Part shown: one piece after another, positions 37,056-46,695 of the stretch
How positions within the stretch are numbered: position 1 is the stretch's first letter
Layout of the letters: every line of letters starts with the position of its first letter
Source: Bacillota bacterium
GTDB lineage: Bacteria > Bacillota > Limnochordia > Darwinibacteriales > Darwinibacteriaceae
Assembly: GCA_012521295.1 (NCBI GenBank)
Contig: JAAYMS010000103.1
Span: forward strand, 9,942 to 73,941
Reading direction: 5' to 3'
Length of the DNA stretch: 64,000 nt
Position numbers and translations under genes: made by a program
The notes under the pieces: generated by a model
What the model saw: only the letters and a program-made list of their open reading frames with translations
What the model was told of the DNA's origin: nothing
The model's database searches: none

Positions 37056-37066
37056 AAAGACCCTGC

Positions 37067-38041
37067 CTAGGCAGAGTCTGAACTAACTTGATGCTTGCCG
37101 CAGCGTGAACCCCAGCAGGCTAACGGCCTTCCATCTCGGCGGATCTGAACGATTTCACAGTTATTCGGGCAGTCTTCACACTCCCAGCTGAAACTGTCAA
37201 ACGAGCTTCTCGCCACGGCGAAACCTCCGAACCGCGTTTTATCACCTGTGGCCTGCAGACGTTCTTTTGCAAGAACTGCAGCCCCGAAAGCACCCATCAC
37301 ATCGTAGTTTATCGGAACCTCTACCTCTAATCCTAAGGCTTTCTCCAAGGCTTTCCGTATTCCCTGATTGGCGGCCACCCCTCCCTGAAAAAGTACCGCA
37401 GGTTCGATACTCTTTCCTTTACCAACATTGCTGAGGTAGTTGCGTACCATTGCCTCACAGAGCCCGGCTAGAATATCAGGGATGGAGTGGCCCAACTGCT
37501 GCTTATGAATCATGTCTGATTCGGCAAAGACTGTGCACCGCCCAGCTATACGTACTGGATGACGTGCTTGGAGAGCAATTCTACCAAAGTCACGAATATC
37601 GATGCCAAGACGCATCGCTTGCTGATCAAGAAAGGAGCCTGTCCCCGCCGCGCAGATGGTGTTCATAGCAAAATCACTCACAACTCCGCTGCGGATCAGA
37701 ATGATTTTCGAATCCTGACCGCCAATCTCAATCACTGTCGACACCTTCGGGTTGTGCTTCAAGGCTGCTACCGCGTGAGCCGTAATCTCGTTTTTCACGA
37801 CGTCTGCACCAAGCATGACACCTGCAAGCTGCCTTCCGCTTCCTGTTGTACCCACACCTACAACTTCCCACTCGCCAGCTTCTGCCAGCTTCTGCATTCC
37901 TTTCACAACAGTTCCAATTGGGTCGCCATTAGTGCGCAGATAGAGTTTGGTCAACACTCTATCGGTCTCTGGATCGATTAAGACCAGATTAGTACTGACC
38001 GAACCCACATCGACTCCCAAATAAGCTTTGTGTTTGCCCAC
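37067..38041 (-). CDS. BadF/BadG/BcrA/BcrD (HgdC-type) CoA-substrate-specific enzyme activase ATPase with a Cys-rich C-terminal tail
   Basis: ASKHA-fold motifs LGVDVGSVSTNLVL and ICAAGTGSF. Extra C-terminal CECEDCPNNC...CWGSRCGKH. Confidence 0.8.
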   Translation of the reverse strand: MGKHKAYLGVDVGSVSTNLVLIDPETDRVLTKLYLRTNGDPIGTVVKGMQKLAEAGEWEVVGVGTTGSGRQLAGVMLGADVVKNEITAHAVAALKHNPKVSTVIEIGGQDSKIILIRSGVVSDFAMNTICAAGTGSFLDQQAMRLGIDIRDFGRIALQARHPVRIAGRCTVFAESDMIHKQQLGHSIPDILAGLCEAMVRNYLSNVGKGKSIEPAVLFQGGVAANQGIRKALEKALGLEVEVPINYDVMGAFGAAVLAKERLQATGDKTRFGGFAVARSSFDSFSWECEDCPNNCEIVQIRRDGRPLACWGSRCGKHQVSSDSA

Positions 38042-39128
38042 GGTACGCCTCCCTTCGCTTTCGGCTCAGCAGGTCAACAAAGGCTTCAATCCGCGTCTGA
38101 AAGCCTGCTTCGCCCGTATGTTCATCGACCACCAGACTGAGAATAGGCAGTTCCTTTGCCCGGCTCACGTCTGGAAGAATGGCTTGGGCAATCACCTCAG
38201 GCATGCATGTGAAGGGTAGAATCTGTACAACCCCGGCTGCGCCACAGTTCGCAAGTTCATTGGAGCGGGCAATGGTCTCTAGCCCATGTCCACCCACGAA
38301 ACCGCTGAGAAACCCTTCTGCAGAACGTTCCAGATGAGTTGTCCGATAGAGCCCGATACTTCCTTTGAACACATGGTCCTTCACCCACTGCACCAGACTG
38401 ATAGTGCGGGCCACTTCTACCCCTAGATGTCCAAGGCGTTCCTCCAACCGTAGGTTGACAAATGGTTCAAAGACGGTGTAGATTTCCCCCACCAAACCAA
38501 TGATTATCGGGTCTTGTCGCCCATGCTTTTCCTGCACAGCCCAGAGTTCACCGATACCTTCCTGAACCGCCTTGTGCACAGTACGAACAGCTGCAGCCTG
38601 CCTTACTTTCTGTAGAGCTAACTCTAGAACTCTAGTCGTCAACCCGGGCTTTTCTTCTTTCGGCCGGACCCTGAGGGCTGTCTTCTCCAGGCTTTCACAA
38701 GCCTTCAGCTTTTCCCAGGCTAAGATCAAGGCTCGAGGAACCCGGCTCAACTTACCGCGTCCTAGAATTTTTGCAGCATCCCGCGCCAACCGACTCGGGT
38801 TTTCAAGAGGAGTTTCGATGACAACCATATCGAGGGTGGAACCCAAATCGGCCAAGATTTGCCGCTGCACCTCGGCATAGTATCCCAACCGGCAGGGGCC
38901 ACAGCCACCGATCATAGCTATAGTGTCTGCTCCGAGCTCCGCCGCCTCCAGGTAGTTCCCGATCATCACTTTCAACGGCAGACATGCGATCTCAGGAGAA
39001 TATCGCGACCCTAACTCCAGCGTTCGCTTGGTGCATGGGGGCGGGACTACAACCTCAAATCCCAGCTCTTGAAAAAGCGCTTCCACTGGTATGTACAGCG
39101 AACCCATATGTGGAAATGTGATCTTCAA
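37989..39128 (-). CDS. 2-hydroxyacyl-CoA dehydratase-like protein (DUF2229 / activase-associated)
   Basis: 379 aa. CLPLKV and GGCGPCRLGY motifs typical of HgdA/B-like subunit folds. Overlaps its neighbours. Confidence 0.6.
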   Translation of the reverse strand: MKITFPHMGSLYIPVEALFQELGFEVVVPPPCTKRTLELGSRYSPEIACLPLKVMIGNYLEAAELGADTIAMIGGCGPCRLGYYAEVQRQILADLGSTLDMVVIETPLENPSRLARDAAKILGRGKLSRVPRALILAWEKLKACESLEKTALRVRPKEEKPGLTTRVLELALQKVRQAAAVRTVHKAVQEGIGELWAVQEKHGRQDPIIIGLVGEIYTVFEPFVNLRLEERLGHLGVEVARTISLVQWVKDHVFKGSIGLYRTTHLERSAEGFLSGFVGGHGLETIARSNELANCGAAGVVQILPFTCMPEVIAQAILPDVSRAKELPILSLVVDEHTGEAGFQTRIEAFVDLLSRKRREAYRGQTQSLFGSRCGFGQY

Positions 39129-40039
39129 CTCGTCCGTCTCCTCTGCAGCATGTCGATAAAAGCTTCCAACCGAGTAATCGTACCTGCGGCTCCAGTGTGT
39201 TCATCTAGATGAAGTACAATGTTGGGTACACCTGCGTTGCGAGCCCTCCGCTGAATGAGGTCGCTCACCAATGAATCGGTACCGCAGGCGAATGACGCAA
39301 GAGTAACTACCCCAACTATGTGGTCAGCCACGTACTCCATTGCTCCCAAAGACTGACGGCCGGATGTCCAGAACATACGTTTTTGGAGCCGACGGGCATA
39401 CATCCTTAGAACCGGCTCAGGAAGCTGATGGGCCATAACCAGGTGGAACCCAGATTTACTGAAACTATCGAAGATCGATCCACTAAAAAAACGGTCTTCA
39501 ATGAGATATCTGTGCCCCAACAGCAGAACCGCATTCTTCGGAAGCTCATGACCTTCAATGAGCTGCTTTGCTTCCCAGTCGCGCTGCCTCTGCTGCGCCT
39601 TAGAGAAAGCTCTCACAGCCTGTCTGAAGCTGGCCAAATCGGAGCCAAACCTCACAAAGCTTCTAGCCCACTGCCATGACCAGCGGCGTTTGTCGACCAC
39701 TGGATCCAAGATACGCACATGATTCGGAAGATAGTGCCGCGCAAAGTCGGGCAGGCCGAGAAAGTAAGGGCAGATGTATTCGCGGCGCACAATGCTCACT
39801 ATCTTCGGAACAAAGATCGTATCTATCCCTCGGTCAGCTAGATGCAGTACATGGCCCAAGAACACCTTTAACGGGAGGCAGCAGCCGTCGACTGCCCGGG
39901 CTGATCCTAGATCGAGGATCTCTTTATTTGTGTGAGGAGATTCTACTGTCTCAAGGCCAAGCCCTTCGAAAAAGGTGCTCCAAAAAGGCGCGTGCTGATA
40001 ATAAAATAGTGCCCTTGGTATGCCCACTGTAAGTCCCAT
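39125..40039 (-). CDS. 2-hydroxyacyl-CoA dehydratase-like protein (second DUF2229-type subunit)
   Basis: DGCCLPLKVFLGHV motif. Plausible start MGLTVGIPRALFYY at 40039 after a GGGGGG RBS. The longer ORF N-terminus is not protein-like. Confidence 0.55.
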   Translation of the reverse strand: MGLTVGIPRALFYYQHAPFWSTFFEGLGLETVESPHTNKEILDLGSARAVDGCCLPLKVFLGHVLHLADRGIDTIFVPKIVSIVRREYICPYFLGLPDFARHYLPNHVRILDPVVDKRRWSWQWARSFVRFGSDLASFRQAVRAFSKAQQRQRDWEAKQLIEGHELPKNAVLLLGHRYLIEDRFFSGSIFDSFSKSGFHLVMAHQLPEPVLRMYARRLQKRMFWTSGRQSLGAMEYVADHIVGVVTLASFACGTDSLVSDLIQRRARNAGVPNIVLHLDEHTGAAGTITRLEAFIDMLQRRRTS

Positions 40040-40053
40040 GACCCGCCCCCCAT

Positions 40054-41532
40054 TCAACGACGCTTGTGCCTTGGCGTCGCACGTATATCTTGAGGTTTGG
40101 TCATCCGGGGGCGTATGGAGACATTTGGAATGGGATAGCGGAAGATGATTCGAAGAAGAGCCGGCCAATCGAAGGGAATTAGCGGCCACAGATACGGAAC
40201 ACCAAACGATTTTGTGAGACCCATTGTAAGCAGTATAATGAGAGTTGCCGCGCCGAACCCCCACCAACGGAACAAGACGCTGGCGATGAACAGCAGATAA
40301 CGAAATAGCCTGATGGCCAGCGAGAACTCCAAGCTTGGTGTGGCAAACGTACCAACCGCTACCAGAGCTGTATATAAAATAGCCTCGCCGGTAAACAGAC
40401 CCGTCTCAATCGCCAGCTCGCCCAGGAGGATGGCTCCCACCAAACCCAGGGAGGTCGCTAATGCATTCGGGGTATGAACCAGCGCCATGCGCAGCATGTC
40501 TAAACCAAGTTCCAACAGTAGGAACTGCAGCCATAGAGGTACTCTCCCCGGTTCCTTCGGCCCAATAAAAGCGATCCATTCCGGAAGGTTGGATGAAGTT
40601 GCCAAAATGTACCATACCGGAATCAGAACCAGAGAGAGAAAGATTCCCATGGTGCGCACCCACCGCAGATAGGTACCGATCGGTGGATTTTGAAAGTATT
40701 CTTCTGCGTGCTGGGTAAAATGCCAGACCGTACTGGGCACAATCAGGGCAAAGGGCGTGGTGTCCACTATAATAATCACGTGACCCTCATACAAATGGGC
40801 GGCTGCCACGTCAGGCCTTTCTGTGTAGCGGGCGACAGGCAGCGGATTCAATTTGGTTCCGAGGATGTACTCTTCCAGGTTCTTTCCTCCCATGGGAATG
40901 GCATCACGGTCGATATGCTGGACACGCTCTCTAACCGAGTTGATGATGTCGGGGCTGGCAATATCAGCTATGTAGCCGATCATCACATCAGTTTGAGACC
41001 TGGTTCCCACCTTGAAGACTTCAAAGCGTAAGTTGGGGTCGCGAATTCTCCGCCGAATCATGTTCACGTTAAACAGGGCTGTCTCTACAAATCCTTCCCG
41101 AGATCCGCGTGTTACCCGTTCTAGATCTGGCTCTTCAATGCTGCGTATCTGATACTGCCGCACATCTACTACAAACACTTGAGCAAGGCCATCGATGAGC
41201 AGCAGCATAGGGCCAGCAAGAACCTCATCGCTGGCCTCGATCAGATCATTCACTTCGCTCACTTCGAAATACGGAAGATAGCTGTGCAGGACATGTTTTG
41301 CAGCATTAACGGTGAGTCCACCCTGGGGTACGAGCATCAGCCGTTTCATGACTTCAATGACGGAATTGTCGTTCACAAATCCATCAAAAAAAACCAAAGC
41401 CGCCTTGCGGCCCCCTGTAGTAAACTCTCGTACCAGAAGGTCAAAGGTGACTCCGTAGCCTAATCTCTCCTTGATGAACTCTAAGTTTTCCGCAAGCTTT
41501 TTCGTCACGGGTTGTGCCTGTTTCATCCGCAT
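40054..41532 (-). CDS. GerA-family spore germination protein (GerAA/SpoVAF-type A subunit)
   Basis: 492 aa. Soluble N-terminal domain (FDGFVNDNSVIEV...) followed by 4-5 TM helices. No adjacent B or C subunit genes. Confidence 0.8.
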   Translation of the reverse strand: MRMKQAQPVTKKLAENLEFIKERLGYGVTFDLLVREFTTGGRKAALVFFDGFVNDNSVIEVMKRLMLVPQGGLTVNAAKHVLHSYLPYFEVSEVNDLIEASDEVLAGPMLLLIDGLAQVFVVDVRQYQIRSIEEPDLERVTRGSREGFVETALFNVNMIRRRIRDPNLRFEVFKVGTRSQTDVMIGYIADIASPDIINSVRERVQHIDRDAIPMGGKNLEEYILGTKLNPLPVARYTERPDVAAAHLYEGHVIIIVDTTPFALIVPSTVWHFTQHAEEYFQNPPIGTYLRWVRTMGIFLSLVLIPVWYILATSSNLPEWIAFIGPKEPGRVPLWLQFLLLELGLDMLRMALVHTPNALATSLGLVGAILLGELAIETGLFTGEAILYTALVAVGTFATPSLEFSLAIRLFRYLLFIASVLFRWWGFGAATLIILLTMGLTKSFGVPYLWPLIPFDWPALLRIIFRYPIPNVSIRPRMTKPQDIRATPRHKRR

Positions 41533-41604
41533 GACTCCCCAATGAAGAATACAAGAATAAGCGCCCTTTGTCCCAAAGAGCGCTCTTGTACTTGTAGATG
41601 ACGT

Positions 41605-41958
41605 TTAGCGAATCGCTGTGGGAACAAACATATCGATCACACCAATGGCAAAGGCCGCTATCAGCGCGCCAATAATAGAAACAGACATGTCGGGCACAAA
41701 GAACTGAGCAGCCCAGATTACTGCAGCAGATACTAAAAAACCCACAATTCCCCGGCCATAGGGGGAGATGTTTGTTCCGAAGATACTCTCCACCACCCAG
41801 CCGATTGCCGCAATAACCACGGCGGCCAGCAGAGCCTGCCAGAAACCCAGGGTACCAAATCCCGGTACAATCAGCCCGACCAACATCAATACTAGGGCTG
41901 AAACAACAAACCGTACGACAGCTCCAAGCCAATCCATTCCTGTCACCCCGCTTTGCAA
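41605..41958 (-). CDS. Small 4-TM membrane protein (phage-holin-IV/DUF360 YvlD-like)
   Basis: 117 aa. Four hydrophobic helices. Confidence 0.45.
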   Translation of the reverse strand: MQSGVTGMDWLGAVVRFVVSALVLMLVGLIVPGFGTLGFWQALLAAVVIAAIGWVVESIFGTNISPYGRGIVGFLVSAAVIWAAQFFVPDMSVSIIGALIAAFAIGVIDMFVPTAIR

Positions 41959-42014
41959 GTTTTCAGACCTAGTATAGCCAAAAGGCGGCCCGGTTATCCG
42001 AGCCGCCCTCCAGA

Positions 42015-42224
42015 TTATGTGTCTTCTACACGAAAGGCAATCTGCACGTCTGCCTTATATTCGGTTATCTGACCATTTTCGTCCACATCGCCGGTCCAAT
42101 TGAGTACTTCTACTCCACTGATGTTTCTAATTGTCTTGGAAGCTTCTTTCACAGCCTCCGAAACAGCTTCTTCCCATCCCGCTGAGGATGTACCTACGAT
42201 TTCGATGACCTTGATGACAGACAT
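42015..42224 (-). CDS. Dodecin family flavin-binding protein
   Basis: 69 aa. VIEIVGTSSAGWEEA ... VQIAFRVED matches the bacterial dodecin signature. Confidence 0.8.
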   Translation of the reverse strand: MSVIKVIEIVGTSSAGWEEAVSEAVKEASKTIRNISGVEVLNWTGDVDENGQITEYKADVQIAFRVEDT

Positions 42225-42264
42225 TCACGGCCCCCCTTCCCATGCAGAGTGTGACGGGGTTAGT

Positions 42265-43275
42265 TTATCCCAGAACACTCTCGGCAATTCGAAGGAAGTT
42301 TCCACCCATGATCTTCTCAATAACTGTCAGCGAATGCCCGCGGCTCTCTAATCCGGCAGCGATAGTCGGCATCATACTGCAGTCCTGCAGCCCATCGGGC
42401 ACAGCGTTGATTCCATCATAATCAGATCCCAACCCAACGCAATCACTTCCACCAACGTTTATCAGGTATTCGATATGATCGAGAACGTCTTCTAAAGCTG
42501 CGCTTTCGCCGGCGGTCAAAAAGCCAGGGTAGAAGTTAACCCCGATTACGCCGCCTTTATCTGCTAGTGCCTTAATCTGGCGATCAGTTAGGTTGCGTCC
42601 GTGGTCGCGCAAAGACCGCGCACAAGAATGAGAAGCAATCACGGGATCGCCGCTGATCTCCAGTACATCCCAGAATCCTGGTTCATTTAGGTGTGACACG
42701 TCGACCAGCATACCTAAACGGTTCATTTCGGCAATTACCTCGCGGCCGAAGGGACTCAGGCCACCCGATGCATCTCCCTCTGACTGGCCGTTAGCCAGTG
42801 CATTGCGGTAGTTCCACGTCAGTGTCAGAACTCGGACCCCAAGGCGATGCAAGTTCCGCAAGTTGGCCAAGCTCCCTTGAAGTGCTTCCCCACCCTCTAG
42901 AGCAAGCATACAGGCGATTTTGCCTGCTTGATAACTCTTTCGGATGGCTGTACCACTATCGGCAAACGCCAAATCATCAGGATACTCCGCGATCATCTGC
43001 CAAAAGACGTCAATCATCTGTAGTGCTCGGTGCAGTGCCATACCTTGGTAGAAATCAGGCTCGACAAATACAGCAAAAACCTGCGCCGAGACTCCGCCCT
43101 TACGCAGCTTCTCTAGGCTGACATGTCCACTGGCATCAGCCAGACTCCTCCCACTGTGAACGAGTTGGAGAAGAGTATCTATGTGTGCATCGAATGTGAA
43201 CAACCTAAACCCTCCACTTCCTGCGTCTCCTATGTTGAAAGCCTGCCCAGCTGAGCCAGGCAGGCTTGTGTTCAT
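42265..43275 (-). CDS. Membrane dipeptidase (peptidase M19, renal dipeptidase family)
   Basis: 336 aa. Conserved M19 motifs (HxD region DAHIDTL, LTWNYRNAL, VSHL). Confidence 0.8.
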   Translation of the reverse strand: MNTSLPGSAGQAFNIGDAGSGGFRLFTFDAHIDTLLQLVHSGRSLADASGHVSLEKLRKGGVSAQVFAVFVEPDFYQGMALHRALQMIDVFWQMIAEYPDDLAFADSGTAIRKSYQAGKIACMLALEGGEALQGSLANLRNLHRLGVRVLTLTWNYRNALANGQSEGDASGGLSPFGREVIAEMNRLGMLVDVSHLNEPGFWDVLEISGDPVIASHSCARSLRDHGRNLTDRQIKALADKGGVIGVNFYPGFLTAGESAALEDVLDHIEYLINVGGSDCVGLGSDYDGINAVPDGLQDCSMMPTIAAGLESRGHSLTVIEKIMGGNFLRIAESVLG

Positions 43276-43532
43276 CGTGGTTCTACAATCAACTTAATTG
43301 CTGTACGTTCTTCGTTGTCAATCATGATGTCAGTAAAAGCAGGAATACATACCAAGTCCATCCCGCTGGGCGCCACAAAGCCCCGTGCGATGGCCACCGC
43401 TTTGACTGCTTGATTAAGTGCGCCTGCGCCGATAGCCTGAATTTCAGCCCGCCCCCGTTCTCTGAGTACACCGGCTAAAGCGCCTGCTACCGCATTGGGA
43501 ACAGACTTTGCCGAAACCTTTAATACATCCAT
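43272..43532 (-). CDS. spoVS: Stage V sporulation protein S
   Basis: 86 aa, near-identical in pattern to B. subtilis SpoVS (LKVSAKS.PN.VAGALAGVLRERG.AEIQAIGAGALNQAVKAVAIARGFVAPSG). Confidence 0.97.
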   Translation of the reverse strand: MDVLKVSAKSVPNAVAGALAGVLRERGRAEIQAIGAGALNQAVKAVAIARGFVAPSGMDLVCIPAFTDIMIDNEERTAIKLIVEPR

Positions 43533-43620
43533 GTTAGAACCTCCTTTGGTAAAAGCACTACGCGGTTGAATCAGCCATTGCCTATTATATATTTAGAGAT
43601 TTCCTAGTAAATTCCTCTTT

Positions 43621-44397
43621 TCAGATGTTAAAATTATATCTTTCTACACGTTCTACCTTAACAGCTCGACCATTCTCATCCAAATCAACCACGATTCCCC
43701 ACAACTGCGTGGGCCCCTTTGCCACCTTGAAGCGGGTAGGCATCTGTGTTATGTACTTCGAGATGATTGCTTCTGGCTCTACTCCGAGCACACCATTTTG
43801 CGGCCCACACATGCCTAAGTCGGTAACATAGGCTGTGCCTCCCTCAAGGATCCTCAAGTCAGCCGTAGGTACATGGGTGTGTGTTCCGGCAACAACACTG
43901 ACCCGCCCATCGAGGTAATAACCCAGTGCTAGTTTCTCGGAAGTGGCTTCGGCATGAAAGTCTACAATAATATACTTAATATATTCGGGAAGGTTCTCTA
44001 ATATCTCGTCTATTGTTCTAAAAGGACAATCAAGATCGGCCATGAACACCCGCCCGCTTAAGTTGATCACCGCCAGCGCAAGGCTTTCATGGACAAAAAC
44101 GCCTTTACCTGGCACACCCGGGGGATAGTTAGCAGGCCGCAGCACACGAGGTTCAAGATCAATATATGCTGCCATTTCGTTTTGATCCCACGTATGATTA
44201 CCGCCGGTGAGGACATCGATTCCAAGTGAAAACAACTCTTCAGCTGTTTTCCGGTTTAGGCCAAAACCTCCAGCTGCGTTTTCACCATTGGCGACTATGA
44301 AATCAAACTCATACTCTTCCCGAAGCTGGGGTAAGAACTCGGCAGCAATCTTCCGGCCAGGCCTACCGAAAATGTCTCCCAACAGCAGTACACGCAT
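43621..44397 (-). CDS. ymdB: TIGR00282-family metallophosphoesterase YmdB (2',3'-cNMP phosphodiesterase)
   Basis: MRVLLLGDIFGRPGR ... GENAAGG ... GNH motifs. 258 aa. Confidence 0.9.
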   Translation of the reverse strand: MRVLLLGDIFGRPGRKIAAEFLPQLREEYEFDFIVANGENAAGGFGLNRKTAEELFSLGIDVLTGGNHTWDQNEMAAYIDLEPRVLRPANYPPGVPGKGVFVHESLALAVINLSGRVFMADLDCPFRTIDEILENLPEYIKYIIVDFHAEATSEKLALGYYLDGRVSVVAGTHTHVPTADLRILEGGTAYVTDLGMCGPQNGVLGVEPEAIISKYITQMPTRFKVAKGPTQLWGIVVDLDENGRAVKVERVERYNFNI

Positions 44398-44406
44398 CTT
44401 TCCACC

Positions 44407-44943
44407 TCAACTTCTGACCGGAGTACTGAAGACCAACACTTTTCCCTTCTCACGAAAGCCAGAGAGCTTCTCATTACCGAATCTATCACCTGCAGCCAAG
44501 AACGACACGATACTGTCATCTTCATCAAGATATTCTTCATCGAGGTTCTCTACCATATCGCAGACCACTCTTTCAGGAAAACTGCTCTGTACCAGCTCGT
44601 TTATGAGGTTAAGCTCCTCATAACTGAGGCTATCTACGTCTCGCTTAATCTGAAGGACTAGAAGTTCGTCGGTATGTTCATGCTGAATGGCAGCTAACTG
44701 CGGGATCGGCCGCGCCGAATCAAAACTATGAAAAGCTTCTAGGTGAAGCTGTGCCCGCTGCACAAACTGATGCAGTTCATCAAGTTGCACCTGCCGAAGT
44801 AGATAGACGAACCGCAACGACCGGTCATCGGGCTCATAATGCACCGCACTGATGTGTGGAAATCTGATGAGCAGTGATATAAGCAGATTTACTTGGTCTG
44901 AACCTATAGCGCCGTATCGTTGTTCGCTCTCAGTACGTTCCAC
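44407..44943 (-). CDS. Hypothetical acidic protein (no recognisable domain)
   Basis: 178 aa ORF filling the rny-ymdB gap. 9 nt from ymdB. Confidence 0.45.
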   Translation of the reverse strand: MERTESEQRYGAIGSDQVNLLISLLIRFPHISAVHYEPDDRSLRFVYLLRQVQLDELHQFVQRAQLHLEAFHSFDSARPIPQLAAIQHEHTDELLVLQIKRDVDSLSYEELNLINELVQSSFPERVVCDMVENLDEEYLDEDDSIVSFLAAGDRFGNEKLSGFREKGKVLVFSTPVRS

Positions 44944-44990
44944 GACAATTCCTCCTAACGTATGGGAAAACCAGGCTAAAAAGCCTGGTC

Positions 44991-46550
44991 TTATTTAGCG
45001 TAATCAACAGCTCGCGTTTCCCTGATCACTGTTACCTTGATCTGGCCGGGATACTCAAGCTCAGATTCAATCTTCTTGACAATCTCCCGACTAAGCTGTA
45101 CTGAACCCGCATCATCGATCTTATCGGGTTTGACCATGATCCGGACTTCGCGGCCGGCTTGAATGGCGTAAGATTTCTCAACGCCTTCAAACGAATTCGA
45201 AATGTCTTCCAGTTTCTGCAGACGCTTGATATAGCTTTCTAGAGTCTCTCGGCGTGCCCCGGGACGAGCGGCTGAGATCGAATCGGCTGCAGCGACGAGC
45301 ACAGCTTCGACGCTTTGTGGCTCGTAATCACCGTGGTGGCATGCTACCGCGTGGATTACAGCCGGGCTTTCTTTATACTTGCGCAGCAGATCGATACCGA
45401 TCTCGATGTGGGTACCTTCGACCTCGTGGTCGACAGCCTTACCGATGTCATGCAGCAGACCCGCCCTGCGAGCTAACCGAGCATCGACTCCCAGTTCGGC
45501 AGCCATGATGCTGGCCAGATGTGCTACTTCGATTGAGTGCTTCAGTACATTCTGACCGTAGCTTGTCCGGAAATGCAGACGGCCCAACAGTCTAACCAGC
45601 TCTGGATGAAGACCATGGACATCTGCTTCTAACGTAGCCTGTTCGCCCATCTCGCGGATAAAAGCATCCACCTCTTTGCGTGCCTTTTCCACCATCTCCT
45701 CGATCCGAGCAGGATGGATCCGGCCATCAGCAATGAGTTTTTCAAGAGCGATGCGGGCAATCTCCCGGCGAACTGGATCAAAGCCAGAAAGAATCACAGC
45801 TTCTGGAGTATCATCTATAATTAGGTCGATTCCCGTAAGAGTCTCCAGCGCTCTAATGTTACGCCCTTCGCGCCCGATAATGCGGCCTTTCATGTCGTCA
45901 TTGGGCAAATTCACTACCGATACTGTAGTCTCTGCCACATGATCCGCAGCCGTGCGCTGTATGGCGAGTGAGATGATGTTGCGTGCCCGTTTCTCGGCTT
46001 CTTCCTTAGCTTCAGCTTCGATCTCACGAATCATTACGGCGGTTTCGTGTCTGACCTCGTCTTCAACAGTCTTGAGAATCAGTTCACGGGCCTGTTCGGC
46101 AGTCAGTCCCGACAGCCGTTCTAATTCCTGACGCTGTGCTTCTAAGGTTGCTTCGATTTCAGCCCGCAGATGTTCAGTTTCCTTTTCTCGGCGCTGCAGT
46201 GCTGCCTCGCGCTTTTCGAGGGCTTCACTCTTACGGTCCAGAGATTCTTCTTTCTGCAATAAACGTCTTTCAAGCTGCTGCAGCTCACTGCGCCGCTCGC
46301 GCCCTTCGCGTTCTTGATCCGCCCGAAGCTTATGGATTTCTTCTTTCGCTTCAAGCAGAGCTTCACGTTTGAGAGCTTCGGCATCTTTTTCGGCCTCGTG
46401 CAGGATGCGCTTGGCCTCTTCTTCAGCGGAACCAATAGCCGCCTCGGCTAACCGCTTCCGAATTAGATAGCCAGCGAGCCCGAAGACTGCAGCAACAATC
46501 ACGTATTTCAATAGTTCAAGAATCAGCTCGATACGTTTCACCTCCCACAT
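44991..46550 (-). CDS. rny: Ribonuclease Y
   Basis: N-terminal TM. Coiled coil. KH domain ([10 protein letters not shown]). HD domain (HDIGK). 519 aa. Confidence 0.95.
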   Translation of the reverse strand: MWEVKRIELILELLKYVIVAAVFGLAGYLIRKRLAEAAIGSAEEEAKRILHEAEKDAEALKREALLEAKEEIHKLRADQEREGRERRSELQQLERRLLQKEESLDRKSEALEKREAALQRREKETEHLRAEIEATLEAQRQELERLSGLTAEQARELILKTVEDEVRHETAVMIREIEAEAKEEAEKRARNIISLAIQRTAADHVAETTVSVVNLPNDDMKGRIIGREGRNIRALETLTGIDLIIDDTPEAVILSGFDPVRREIARIALEKLIADGRIHPARIEEMVEKARKEVDAFIREMGEQATLEADVHGLHPELVRLLGRLHFRTSYGQNVLKHSIEVAHLASIMAAELGVDARLARRAGLLHDIGKAVDHEVEGTHIEIGIDLLRKYKESPAVIHAVACHHGDYEPQSVEAVLVAAADSISAARPGARRETLESYIKRLQKLEDISNSFEGVEKSYAIQAGREVRIMVKPDKIDDAGSVQLSREIVKKIESELEYPGQIKVTVIRETRAVDYAK

Positions 46551-46695
46551 GAAGATTTTTAGAAAAGAAAGCCGAGTTGAAACTCGGCCTTACTCCATGT
46601 GCGTAGACCTTTTCCAAACTTGAGTTCAACGACTTGCATGGGTTTCAAATTCAGGAAACACAGCTGTTGAGCCACTACCTCAAGCTCTCTTAATT

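Noticed and set aside
41441-41932. 163 aa Cys/Trp-rich ORF overlapping the 117 aa membrane protein gene in another frame
   Set aside because: Its composition is not protein-like (many C, W, R residues). The alternative frame gives a clean 4-TM protein, so this one is spurious.
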